Source of the DNA: Candidatus Spongiisociaceae bacterium
Lineage (GTDB): Bacteria > Actinomycetota > Acidimicrobiia > Spongiisociales > Spongiisociaceae
Direction of reading: 5' to 3'
DNA length: 64,000 bases
Assembly: GCA_965219685.1 (NCBI GenBank)
Contig: CBDCOH010000002.1
Location: forward strand, 4,096,001-4,160,000
The notes beneath the pieces are model-generated. The model worked only from the letters and a program-made list of their open reading frames with translations, made no database searches and was not told the DNA's origin. Both the position numbers and the translations under genes were made by a program. The stretch's first letter is position 1. Each line of letters starts with the position of its first letter. Below, piece by piece: positions 20,204 through 29,472 of this stretch.

Positions 20204-21142
20204 CTACTGGCGGAGTTGGGGGTCGAGGAGGTCGTTCAGCCCGTCGCCCACGAGGTTGAAGCCGACCGTGGCGACCAAGAGCACCATTCCGGGGAACAGG
20301 GAATACCACCAGGCCCCCAGAAGCATGAAGGCGGTGGCGTCGAACAGGATGTTGCCGATGGTGGGAGCAGGGGGCTGGATGCCCAATCCGAGGAAGCTGA
20401 GAGCCGCTTCGGCGAAGATGGCTATCGCGATCCAGAGGAATGCCTGGACGAGCACGGGTGGCGCGACGTTGACGATGACCTCCCGGAACAGGATCCGGCG
20501 GCGGGGCACGCCCACCACCCTCAGGGCATCTACGTAGTCCTCGTGAACCTCCACCAGGGTGGCGGCCCGGGCAACTCGAGCGAAGAACGGGGTGGCGGCA
20601 AGGGCGATGAGCATCACCACCTTCCAGGCGCCAGGGATCTGGATGGGTCCGACCTGGGTGGGTCCGATCCCGGTGAGGCCTAGAACGAACATTCCCAAGA
20701 CGAACAGGGGCAATGCCAGGATGACGTCGACGGCGCGCATGATCACCTCGTCGATCATGGTGCCCCCGCGGTACCCGGCCAGCATCCCCGCCGGCACCGC
20801 GATGATCAGGCCCAGCAGTACGCTCATCACTGCCACAAGGAGGGAGATGCGGGCCCCGTCGGCCGATCGGGCCAGCATGTCCCGTCCCAGATGATCCGTC
20901 CCGAAGAGGCTCTCCCCGCTCGGTGAGCCCAGGCGATCGGTCGACAGTTCGAGAGGGTCGCCCGTGAGGATCGGTCCGAAGATGGAGAAAAGTAGGTAGA
21001 TCAAGACCAGGACGGCGCCTGCCCTGGTCGCCCAGTTGTGGTTGATCATGCTGGTGAAGCTGCGCAGGGCGCGCAGTACGGGCGATGTAGCCTGAGCCGG
21101 GCCGGGGAGCGGCGCCGGATCCCGTTGTACGGCTGAAGTCAC
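20204..21142 (-). CDS. Peptide/nickel ABC permease (DppC/OppC-like)
   Basis: FGTDHLGRD, EAALSFLGLG, FNLVGDGLND. Confidence 0.93.
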   Translation of the reverse strand: MTSAVQRDPAPLPGPAQATSPVLRALRSFTSMINHNWATRAGAVLVLIYLLFSIFGPILTGDPLELSTDRLGSPSGESLFGTDHLGRDMLARSADGARISLLVAVMSVLLGLIIAVPAGMLAGYRGGTMIDEVIMRAVDVILALPLFVLGMFVLGLTGIGPTQVGPIQIPGAWKVVMLIALAATPFFARVARAATLVEVHEDYVDALRVVGVPRRRILFREVIVNVAPPVLVQAFLWIAIAIFAEAALSFLGLGIQPPAPTIGNILFDATAFMLLGAWWYSLFPGMVLLVATVGFNLVGDGLNDLLDPQLRQ

Positions 21143-21281
21143 GCTGACACCTCGGCTTGACTGCTGGAATCAGGTTAGGGGAGAGCATAAGCGGCCGCCA
21201 TCGCCGATGGGCCGCGCCAACCCGCCCGATAGCCGACGGCCCGCCCGCAGTCCCTATAGGCTCCGACTACCGACTACTCCC

Positions 21282-22625
21282 ATGACCATTACCCAACGCC
21301 TGGCAGAAGAAGTCGCCCGATCCGAGTACGACGACCTCCCCGTGGAGGCAGTCTCGATCGTCAAACAGGCTCTGATGGACGACATCGGAGTGGCGATGCT
21401 CGCCCACGAGTACCTAGACCAGCCTCTGGTGCGGTTCGCCCGCGCGATCGGCGGGAATACGGAGGCGACCCTGGTGGGCGACGGATCCCTTGTCTCGGCC
21501 GGGCTGGCGGCCGGCGTCAACGCGGAGATGGCCTCCCACTCCGACTTCGAGGAGTCGGGTCCCGGAGTTCATGCCTTCTCGCCGATCGGCCAGACAGCCG
21601 TGGCCATGGCCGAGCGGGAGGGGGCCTCGGGCCGCGACGTGATCGCCGCCATCGCGGTGAGCTACGAGATCAACGGCCGATTCGCTCGGAACCTCGCCGA
21701 CACGAGTCCCCTCATACACCTTTTCCCGGCCCACTTCCGGAGGCATCTGATCGTCAACCCGGCCCTGGCAGCTGCAAGGATGCTGCGCCTGGACGCAGAC
21801 GCCATCAACAGGGTGATCGGCCTCGCTTGGACGATGGTGCCGCCCGATATGAAACACATCTACCTGACCCCCCGGCTGGACTGGCCCAACAGCCAGCACA
21901 ATCTGTGGAGTTGCCAGATCGGCATCCAGTCGGCTCTGCTGGTCGCATCGGGTACCGGCGGTCCCCCCGACATTCTCGACCACGGAGCGGCTGACATCTA
22001 CTGCCTCAGCCGTCTCGGCGAGTCTCCCGCGCCCTTCCACTACCTGACGAACGAACTCAACTTCAAGCCCTGGATCGGCAGCTACGGCTTCATGGGAGGC
22101 ATGCAGATCGCCGGCCGCTTGGTGGCGGAACACCGGATCGATCCATCCGCGATCGACCATGTGACCTTCCGCGGCAGCGCTGTCTACAACGACCCGGACA
22201 GCGTTTTCGTCGATCCGGAGCCGGACACGGCCTGGAAGGCACTCGGATGTGTCCCGTGGGCCATCGCCAACGTCATCCTCGGCCACCCCGCCGGCCCGGA
22301 CTGGCTGGCGCCCGAGAGCCTGGCCGATCCGGAGCGCCGCGCCCTTACCCGCAGGGTGAGGCTCGAGACCTCCGAGAGTCCGTATGTCAACGAGGTGGAG
22401 ATTGCGGCCGCCGGTGAGGTCTACCAAGGCCGGATCCGGCGGGAAGACTATCTCGGCAGCCCGCGCAACCCGATGTCCTTGGAGCAGTTGGAAGCCAAGT
22501 TCGTGCGCAACGCTTCGGTGGTGGTCGGCGAGCCCAGGGCGAGAGAGATGGTCGATTTACTCAGCGCCCTGGAGGAGGTGGCCGACATTCGCGAGTTGAC
22601 TCGACTCTTCTCGAGTCAGTTCTGA
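21282..22625 (+). CDS. MmgE/PrpD family protein (divergent)
   Basis: AAGVNA, DFEESGPGVH, GSPRNPMS..KF; start ATG21282. Confidence 0.85.
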   Translation: MTITQRLAEEVARSEYDDLPVEAVSIVKQALMDDIGVAMLAHEYLDQPLVRFARAIGGNTEATLVGDGSLVSAGLAAGVNAEMASHSDFEESGPGVHAFSPIGQTAVAMAEREGASGRDVIAAIAVSYEINGRFARNLADTSPLIHLFPAHFRRHLIVNPALAAARMLRLDADAINRVIGLAWTMVPPDMKHIYLTPRLDWPNSQHNLWSCQIGIQSALLVASGTGGPPDILDHGAADIYCLSRLGESPAPFHYLTNELNFKPWIGSYGFMGGMQIAGRLVAEHRIDPSAIDHVTFRGSAVYNDPDSVFVDPEPDTAWKALGCVPWAIANVILGHPAGPDWLAPESLADPERRALTRRVRLETSESPYVNEVEIAAAGEVYQGRIRREDYLGSPRNPMSLEQLEAKFVRNASVVVGEPRAREMVDLLSALEEVADIRELTRLFSSQF

Positions 22626-22680
22626 ACGGTTGCCGGTTGTCCGTCGTGACCACTTGTTTGGGTCTGGTTCGGGGTGTTTA

Positions 22681-22702
22681 TGTCACAGGCGGGTTGTACA
22701 AT
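22681..22702 (+). promoter_or_regulatory. RecA-NDp/PafBC-type DNA-damage promoter
   Basis: TGTCAC-N10-TACAAT resembles actinobacterial TGTCGG-N10-TAnnnT. Confidence 0.7.
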
Positions 22703-22704
22703 GA

Positions 22705-22716
22705 GAACATATGTTC
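22705..22716. promoter_or_regulatory. LexA SOS box (Gram-positive type)
   Basis: Palindrome GAACATATGTTC overlapping the HNH start codon. Confidence 0.8.
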
Positions 22717-24069
22717 GATTACTTACTCGACTATCCCGACCGGGAAAACGTCCAGCCCACCACTGCCAACAGTGGAGGACCGGACGCTGACCTGTTCGCG
22801 AGCCGTTACCAGCAGGAACGGCAGCGGGTCTACGACCGGGCCCGGCACATGGCAGCCGATGGTGGCTACACCCACGCCGTTGTGGAGGACGCCAAAGCCG
22901 AAGCCGCCCTCGTCCGCGCGCAGGCCAAGGTCAGCCGGGCCCGCGGTGGGCAGATCGCATGGGTGCGGCACATGCTGCGGCGGGGCGCGGCGGCCAGGTT
23001 GGGGTACCGCAACCCCACAGAGATGGTCGCCTCCCGCCTCGATGTGCGCCGCTCCACAGCCCGCGACCTGGTCTATCTCGCCGGACGGTTGGGAGATCAT
23101 CGGATCGAGGCGATCCGCGCAGGTGCCGTCTCCTACGAACGGGCACTGGCCGAGGAACACCTAGCCGAGGCGGGCGCCTCGATGGAGGTGATCGAAGCCA
23201 GCCGGGACCTCGACCTCGAAGCCGTCAAACGGGTATTGCAGTCTCATCGCAGGATGAGCCGCCACGACGAACGGGCTGTGTTCGAAGGCCAGTACCTGAT
23301 GTTGCAGCCGTCGTTGGACGGCAGCCACATGCAGGTGAACGGACGGCTCGGCGCCCTCGAAGGAGACATATGCCGCCAAGGCTTGGACCGAAGAGGCGAA
23401 AAACTGGTACCCGCAGGCGAAACCCGTCCCAACGCCGGACAGAGACGAGCCCTCGCGCTCACCACCCTATGCCAAGACGAACTAGACCGCACCCCCCAAC
23501 CGCCCACAACGACCACCGAACGCTTCCGGGAAGCCCAAAGACGCCGCGAACCCTCCCTCATAGCCGTCGCCAACCAGCCCCAAGCCGACGACTCCGGCAA
23601 CGAACAAGGAGCAGCCATCCTCGCCGGAGCCAGGATAGGACCCGACAGCGTAGACCTCATCAACTGCGTCGCCACCACCGAGATCATCACCGTCTCCGGA
23701 CAGAACATCCTCCACCACGGAACCACCACCTCGATACGCCCATCCCTGCGCAGAGCCGTCCTCGCCCGCGACGACGGATGCACCATCGACGGATGCACCT
23801 CCACCTACCGGCTCGAAGCACACCACATCACCCCCAGATCCCAAGGCGGCACCAACACAGCAGAGAACCTCACCACCCTGTGCTGGTGGCACCACCACGT
23901 CGCCGTACACCGCCGAGGCATGCGCATAGACCCCCAATCCCCACCCCGACGCCGACGCCTCACCCCACCAAGAACACGAACCTGCGACCACCAGCCACCC
24001 GAACCCGACCCCCACACCCACGCCGTACTCAAAGCCATACACACACCCACCAACCGCGCCCCGCCGTGA
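22711..24069 (+). CDS. HNH endonuclease, DUF222/REP13E12-like
   Basis: LRRAVLARDDGCTIDGC..EAHHI..GG..ENLTTLCWWHH. Confidence 0.88.
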   Translation: MFDYLLDYPDRENVQPTTANSGGPDADLFASRYQQERQRVYDRARHMAADGGYTHAVVEDAKAEAALVRAQAKVSRARGGQIAWVRHMLRRGAAARLGYRNPTEMVASRLDVRRSTARDLVYLAGRLGDHRIEAIRAGAVSYERALAEEHLAEAGASMEVIEASRDLDLEAVKRVLQSHRRMSRHDERAVFEGQYLMLQPSLDGSHMQVNGRLGALEGDICRQGLDRRGEKLVPAGETRPNAGQRRALALTTLCQDELDRTPQPPTTTTERFREAQRRREPSLIAVANQPQADDSGNEQGAAILAGARIGPDSVDLINCVATTEIITVSGQNILHHGTTTSIRPSLRRAVLARDDGCTIDGCTSTYRLEAHHITPRSQGGTNTAENLTTLCWWHHHVAVHRRGMRIDPQSPPRRRRLTPPRTRTCDHQPPEPDPHTHAVLKAIHTPTNRAPP

Positions 24070-24133
24070 CGGTGGCTGTCGGGAGGGTCCAATGCCCGTG
24101 CCAACCACAGACTGTCCACTAGCCTGCGCGGCT

Positions 24134-24793
24134 ATGGAACCGACCAGACTTCCCCCCGTCGGTCACTACCTGGCCTATGAGGTGGGACAACTCGCAGGGG
24201 TATCCGGTGGCCGTATCGGCCAGTGGGCCCGACACGGCTACATATGCTCGTCGCAGTCCGAGGGTCCGCCCCGCATCTACTCCTACCAAGACGTGGCGGA
24301 GGCGATGGTTGTCCATGCGCTGATTCAAGACGGTATGTCGCTGAGGAACATTCGAACCGCCGTCCAGAATCTGCGGGATGAGTTCGGGCCCTGGCCGCTT
24401 CAGGACGCGCCGCTGTATGCGGAATCTGACCGCCGGATCCTGCTCATGGACTCAGGAGAGCTTTTCGAGGCGGATACCGCGAAGATGCCGGGTAGCGGGG
24501 TGATCTACCAAACGGTGGAGCGGAACCTCAAACAGATCGCCGCCGATCTCCGCAGAGGAGGATGGGCGGCCCGCGAACTTCCCGACCTCGAACACATAGA
24601 GGTCAACCCCAAGCGGCTGTCCGGCCGACCCACTATAAGAGGACGACGCATACCGGCTCGATTCGTTGCTGAGACGGCCCGAACGGCGGGTGGCCGAGAT
24701 CTCCTACAGGCAGACTTCGATCTCGAACCTGCACAGATCGATGACGCGGTCTCCTGGCTTGAATCCGTCGATGTATATCTCGCCGCTGCATAG
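24134..24793 (+). CDS. MerR-like HTH plus DUF433 antitoxin (VapB45-like)
   Basis: EVGQLAGVS..IGQW, YSYQD; NPKRLSGRPTIRGRRIP. Confidence 0.82.
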   Translation: MEPTRLPPVGHYLAYEVGQLAGVSGGRIGQWARHGYICSSQSEGPPRIYSYQDVAEAMVVHALIQDGMSLRNIRTAVQNLRDEFGPWPLQDAPLYAESDRRILLMDSGELFEADTAKMPGSGVIYQTVERNLKQIAADLRRGGWAARELPDLEHIEVNPKRLSGRPTIRGRRIPARFVAETARTAGGRDLLQADFDLEPAQIDDAVSWLESVDVYLAAA

Positions 24794-24796
24794 TTC

Positions 24797-25215
24797 GTGC
24801 TGGAAATCGTTGTCGACGAGAGCTTGTCAACTCGCATCGCTACTGAGCTTGGCAATCGCGGGCGAAAATCCATCACGGTGGCAGCGCTCGATCTCAGAGG
24901 GCAGGAGGATGGCGATATAGTACGCCAACTGGCCGAACGGTCTGATCAGTGGGTATTGCTCACCGCTGATGATCGGCTACCTCTTGTCTGGCACGAGGTA
25001 ATCGCCCAGACGCCACCATCGCGACGATTCACCCGGTCTATCCCGTCTCATACACTGAGAACGAGTGGCACCACGATGTATCGCATCGCTGGGCACATGT
25101 GATCTGCGAACAGGGCCAAGGAACCGTAAGACGGTACTACTTGAAAACACACCGACTCTGGACTCCTCCCCGGTACCGTCGGAGATCGGCCGCGTCCGGT
25201 TCATGCGGTGGTTGA
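24797..25215 (+). pseudogene. PIN-like (DUF5615/VapC45-like) toxin, apparently frameshifted near 25010
   Basis: IVVDESL..EDGDI..LLTADD; protein-like continuation ATIATIHP..HRWAHVI in the -1 frame to TGA25215. Confidence 0.6.
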
Positions 25216-25365
25216 TCCCGTAGAGGTTCGCAGCACCGGATCCTCACCCATTGGGTGATTGGAGCCCGCCCGATCCGCAGTCCGGTACCCCGGGAGCATT
25301 CCTCGGCGCTGTCATTAGCATGCAGTCCTAGTACGGTGGCCGGCATCGTCCAGGGGAGGTTGAGC

Positions 25366-25776
25366 ATGGAAGCGTTGTTGATCATCGGGCGGATTCTGTT
25401 CTCGCTGATATTCATCGGAGCCGGGATCGGCCATCTAGCCAAGCCCAAGGAGACCGCCGCGTACGCCGAGGTGCGAGGCATGCCGGCTGCCGAATGGCGG
25501 GTGCGCATCTCGGGTGTCTTGATCGCCGCGGGGGGTCTTGGCGTCATCCTCGGAGTCTGGATGGACCTCGCCGCGCTCGGGCTGACCGTCTACGTGCTGA
25601 TCGCGGCCTTCCTGATACACCACTTCTGGTCGGACGAAGAGCCCACGAGGACCACGGAAATGGCCATGTTCATGAAGAACCTCGCCATCGCGGGCGCCGG
25701 CCTGATCATCTTCGCCATGTCGGCCAACGGCGCGGATATGGGCTGGGAACTGGGAAGCAGCGCCTTCAACCTCTGA
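25366..25776 (+). CDS. DoxX family membrane protein
   Basis: IGRILF, HHFW, FMKNLAIAGA. Confidence 0.9.
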   Translation: MEALLIIGRILFSLIFIGAGIGHLAKPKETAAYAEVRGMPAAEWRVRISGVLIAAGGLGVILGVWMDLAALGLTVYVLIAAFLIHHFWSDEEPTRTTEMAMFMKNLAIAGAGLIIFAMSANGADMGWELGSSAFNL

Positions 25777-25923
25777 GAATTGCCCGGCGATCGGTTCTCG
25801 TGACCGATCTGCACGGCTCACCTTGTGAATTCCGTCTGATGCCTCGGTCGGACTGAGGTCGCTACCGGCCACTGGTAGAGTCGCAGCGCTCGTCTGAGGA
25901 GGGTTCCGGCTATCGGAGGATCG

Positions 25924-27105
25924 TTGCCGCTCGAGGGGATACGCGTCATCGATGCGTCCACGCTGATCGCCGGGCCGTTGGCTGCCATGATCCTGGCCGA
26001 CTTCGGGGCCGACGTGATCAAGATCGAGCATCCCCGCGGGGACCCGATTCGCGATCATGGCCATGCCAGGGACGGGGTTCCGCTGTGGTGGAAGGTCGTG
26101 GGGCGCAACAAGCGGGCTGTCACCCTGAACCTGTCCAAGGAAGCCGGCCAGGAGGTCCTTCTCAAACTCGCCCGGCGCTCCGACGTGCTGATCGAGAACT
26201 TCAGACCCGGAACGTTCGAGCGATGGAACCTGAGCCCGGACCGCCTGCACTCCGTCAATCCGGGCCTGATCATCACCCGCGTCACGGGGTTCGGGCAGTT
26301 CGGGCCCTACTCATCGAGGCCCGGGTTCGGCACCCTTGCGGAGTCGATGAGCGGGTTCGCGCACATGACCGGGGAGCCCGATGGGCCTCCTACCTTGCCG
26401 CCCTTCGGGCTTGCCGACAGCATCGCCGCCCAGGCCACCGCGAACGCGATCCTCATGTGCCTCTACAACCGTGATGCGCGTGCCGGGGGAGGGCAGACCA
26501 TCGATGTGGCGATCATCGAACCGATACTCACCGTCCTCGGCTCCCAACCGACGGTATACGACCAACTGGGGATCGCCCAGAGACGGTCCGGCAACCGGTC
26601 GGTGAACAACGCTCCTCGCAACACCTACGAGACGAGCGACGGCCACTGGGTAGCGATCTCGACCAGCGCCCAGAGTGTGGCGGAACGGGTGATGCGACTG
26701 GTCGGGCGTCCTGAGTTGATCGACGAGCCGTGGTTCAAGTCGGGCCGCGAGCGCGCCAAGCATGCCGACCTGCTCGACGGGTGCGTAGGATCTTGGATCG
26801 GGGACCGCAACCTGGAGGAAGTCGTGGCTGCTTTCGAGCAGGCCGAGGCTGCCGTCGCTCCGATCTACGACGCCAAGGGGATCCTCGACGATCCGCAGTA
26901 CCAGGCTCTGGAGTCGATCGTCACCATCGACGACCCGGAATTGGGACGGGTCAGGATGCAGAACGTCATGTTCCGGCTCAGCGATACTCCCGGAGAGGTC
27001 CGTTGGGCGGGGAGAGCGCTGGGCGCGGACAATCGATCCGTTTACAGGGAGCTCGGGCTTTCGGGAACCGAGATCGACGACCTCGCCGAGGCCGGGGTGA
27101 TCTGA
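25924..27105 (+). CDS. Family III CoA-transferase (CaiB/BaiF)
   Basis: PLEGIRVID, LADFGADVIKIE, ENFRPG. Confidence 0.95.
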   Translation: MPLEGIRVIDASTLIAGPLAAMILADFGADVIKIEHPRGDPIRDHGHARDGVPLWWKVVGRNKRAVTLNLSKEAGQEVLLKLARRSDVLIENFRPGTFERWNLSPDRLHSVNPGLIITRVTGFGQFGPYSSRPGFGTLAESMSGFAHMTGEPDGPPTLPPFGLADSIAAQATANAILMCLYNRDARAGGGQTIDVAIIEPILTVLGSQPTVYDQLGIAQRRSGNRSVNNAPRNTYETSDGHWVAISTSAQSVAERVMRLVGRPELIDEPWFKSGRERAKHADLLDGCVGSWIGDRNLEEVVAAFEQAEAAVAPIYDAKGILDDPQYQALESIVTIDDPELGRVRMQNVMFRLSDTPGEVRWAGRALGADNRSVYRELGLSGTEIDDLAEAGVI

Positions 27106-27108
27106 GCC

Positions 27109-27909
27109 ATGGACCTTCGACATCTCGCGGGCGCTCGGGTTATCGACTTGGCCCAACCCATGGAACGCGGGATGCCGGTGTCGCCCAACCACCCCGCCTT
27201 CGAGATAGCGATGATGCGCCGGCACGGTGACGTGGTCCGGCCCGACGGCGGGTCCGCAGCCAACGACATAATCACCCTGGGTGGTCATGTCGGAACCCAC
27301 ATCGACGCGTTGGGCCATGTCTCCCAGGACGGCATGCTGCATGGAGGAGTCGAGGCGGCCGGCGTCCAGAGCAACCGAGGGCTGGCGGCGCTCGGGATCG
27401 ACACGGTGAAACCCATCGTGGGCCGGGGGATCCTGCTCGACGTGGCCGCCGCTCACGGAGTGGACTGTCTCCCGCCCGCCTACGAGATCACCGTCGAGGA
27501 CATGGAGGACGCGGAGCGGAGAGCAGGAGTAGAAGTCCGGGAAGGCGACTCGGTGCTGATCAGTACCGGTTGGGCGAAACACTGGGGCGATCCGGACATG
27601 TTCCGGGGCCAGATCGACGGCGCCCCGGGTCCCGGCGCCGCGGCCGCAAGCTGGCTGGCGGACCGGAGCGTGCGTTTGGCGGGCGGAGAGACCATCGCCT
27701 TCGAGGTGATCCGTCCCGGTGCCGGCCACGCGACCCTGCCCGTTCACCGCGTCCTGCTGGTGGAGGCCGGGATCCACATCATCGAGACCATGGATCTGAC
27801 CCGACTTGCGGCCGCCGGGTCGCCGGAGTTCGTACTCGTCGTAGCTCCGCTCAAGATCGTCGGGGGCACCGGGTCACCGATCCGCCCGATCGCGCTGGTA
27901 GATGCCTGA
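27109..27909 (+). CDS. Cyclase / kynurenine formamidase-like metal hydrolase
   Basis: HVGTHIDALGH, GGTGSPIRP. Confidence 0.92.
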   Translation: MDLRHLAGARVIDLAQPMERGMPVSPNHPAFEIAMMRRHGDVVRPDGGSAANDIITLGGHVGTHIDALGHVSQDGMLHGGVEAAGVQSNRGLAALGIDTVKPIVGRGILLDVAAAHGVDCLPPAYEITVEDMEDAERRAGVEVREGDSVLISTGWAKHWGDPDMFRGQIDGAPGPGAAAASWLADRSVRLAGGETIAFEVIRPGAGHATLPVHRVLLVEAGIHIIETMDLTRLAAAGSPEFVLVVAPLKIVGGTGSPIRPIALVDA

Positions 27910-29308
27910 AGGCCTCGTAGTCCGCCTCGGGCATTTCGCGACGGCCCTACGGGATGCAGAAGTGACCGGCGCCGTCGCGGCCAATGTGCACGACCGTATC
28001 CTCGACGTGCTAGGTGTGGGTCTCGCCGCGCGAGGCGAGGATGCGGGGAAGGCCACGCTAGGCCTGGTGCGGAGCCAGGGCGGGATAGCGGAGTCGACGG
28101 TCTGGGGTGAGCAGGATCGGCTGCCGGCGGCTGCGGCAGCGCTCGTCAACGGCACCCATTGCCACGCCCTCGATTTCGATGACACCCACCTGCCGTCCGT
28201 GCTGCATCCATCTGCCTCCGTGGTCCCCGCGGCTCTGGCGACCGCCGAAGCAGTCGATGCGTCGGGCGCCGAGTTGATGGCCGCGGTGGCCGCGGGCACC
28301 GAGATATGCATAAGGCTGGGGATGGCCTCCTACGATCCCGACATCCGCAACTCGATCTTCTTCGAGAACGGTCTCCACGCCACCTCGATCTGCGGCGCCC
28401 TGGCGTCGGCTGCTGCTGCCGCTCTCCTCCTGGGCCTCGACGGAGACGGTGTCGCCCACGCCATGGGGATCGCCGCGAGCATGGGAGCCGGAATCATCGA
28501 GGCGAACCGCACGGGGGGCAGCGTGAAGCGCATCCACTGCGGATGGGCCGCCCATGCCGGTGTATCCGCTGGGCAGTTGGCCTATCACGGCCTGACGGGT
28601 CCTCCCACCGTCCTCGAGGGCCGCTTCGGGTTCTATCGCGCATACTCGGAGGGCCGGTTCGATGCCGAGGCGGTGGTCGGTGAACTGGGGGAACGGTGGG
28701 ATCTGCTCCGGGTCTGGTACAAGCCATACCCCACCAACCACTTCACCCACGCAGGTGTCGACGCCGCGCTGGCCATCATCGCTCAGGGCGTCGACCCGGC
28801 CGATGTCGAAACCATGGAGTTGGGCGTTCCCCAGCCCGTGCTGCGTACGATCGCCCAACCACCGGACCTGAAGGCCCGCCCGACCAGCCCCTACACCGCC
28901 CGGTTCAGCGGTCCGTTCTGCGTGGCGGCTGCCATGGTCGGGGGAGGCGGGCTGGGCGTCTACCTCGAGGACTTCACCGGCGACACGATCCAGGATCCCG
29001 AGCGGCTACGCCTGGCCGGAGCAGTGACCTGCTTTGCCGACGAGGAGGCCACCGAGGTCTTCCCTCACCAGTTTCCCGGCGTCCTGAGAGCAAGACTCAG
29101 AGACGGCTCTGTCGTTGAACATCGGGTACGGCACAACCGCGGCGGCCCGGAAAACCCTTTGTCGGCACAGGAATTGGGGCTGAAGTTCAGATTGAACGCC
29201 AACCTCTCCATGAACATGTCGTCCGTGACCACGATCCAGGAGGCGGTTGGTTCACTTGAGGACGTCCGGGCTCGAGACCTTGCGGGAACCCTCTCAGCAC
29301 CGTCCTAG
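27902..29308 (+). CDS. MmgE/PrpD family protein (canonical motif)
   Basis: NGTHCHALDFDDTH..HPS, KRIHCGWAA, KPYPTNHFTH. Confidence 0.93.
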   Translation: MPEGLVVRLGHFATALRDAEVTGAVAANVHDRILDVLGVGLAARGEDAGKATLGLVRSQGGIAESTVWGEQDRLPAAAAALVNGTHCHALDFDDTHLPSVLHPSASVVPAALATAEAVDASGAELMAAVAAGTEICIRLGMASYDPDIRNSIFFENGLHATSICGALASAAAAALLLGLDGDGVAHAMGIAASMGAGIIEANRTGGSVKRIHCGWAAHAGVSAGQLAYHGLTGPPTVLEGRFGFYRAYSEGRFDAEAVVGELGERWDLLRVWYKPYPTNHFTHAGVDAALAIIAQGVDPADVETMELGVPQPVLRTIAQPPDLKARPTSPYTARFSGPFCVAAAMVGGGGLGVYLEDFTGDTIQDPERLRLAGAVTCFADEEATEVFPHQFPGVLRARLRDGSVVEHRVRHNRGGPENPLSAQELGLKFRLNANLSMNMSSVTTIQEAVGSLEDVRARDLAGTLSAPS

Positions 29309-29377
29309 GACGGTTTCGGTAGGTTACCCAACACACCCGGACAGGCCTGTGAAGACCCATGTCGTAGGATCATACCT

Positions 29378-29446
29378 GTCCAACCTGTAGGATGGAATCG
29401 GTCCAACCTGTAGGAGGGAATCTGTCCAACCTGTAGGATGGGATCG
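29378..29446 (+). repeat. 23-bp tandem direct repeat x3
   Basis: GTCCAACCTGTAGGA(T/G)GG(A/G)ATC(G/T) at 29378, 29401, 29424. Confidence 0.92.
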
Positions 29447-29472
29447 ATTACCTCAGGAAGCGGAGATTAGCA

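Noticed and set aside
29378-29446. Possible CRISPR array
   Set aside because: Repeats are contiguous with no spacers and no cas genes are present.
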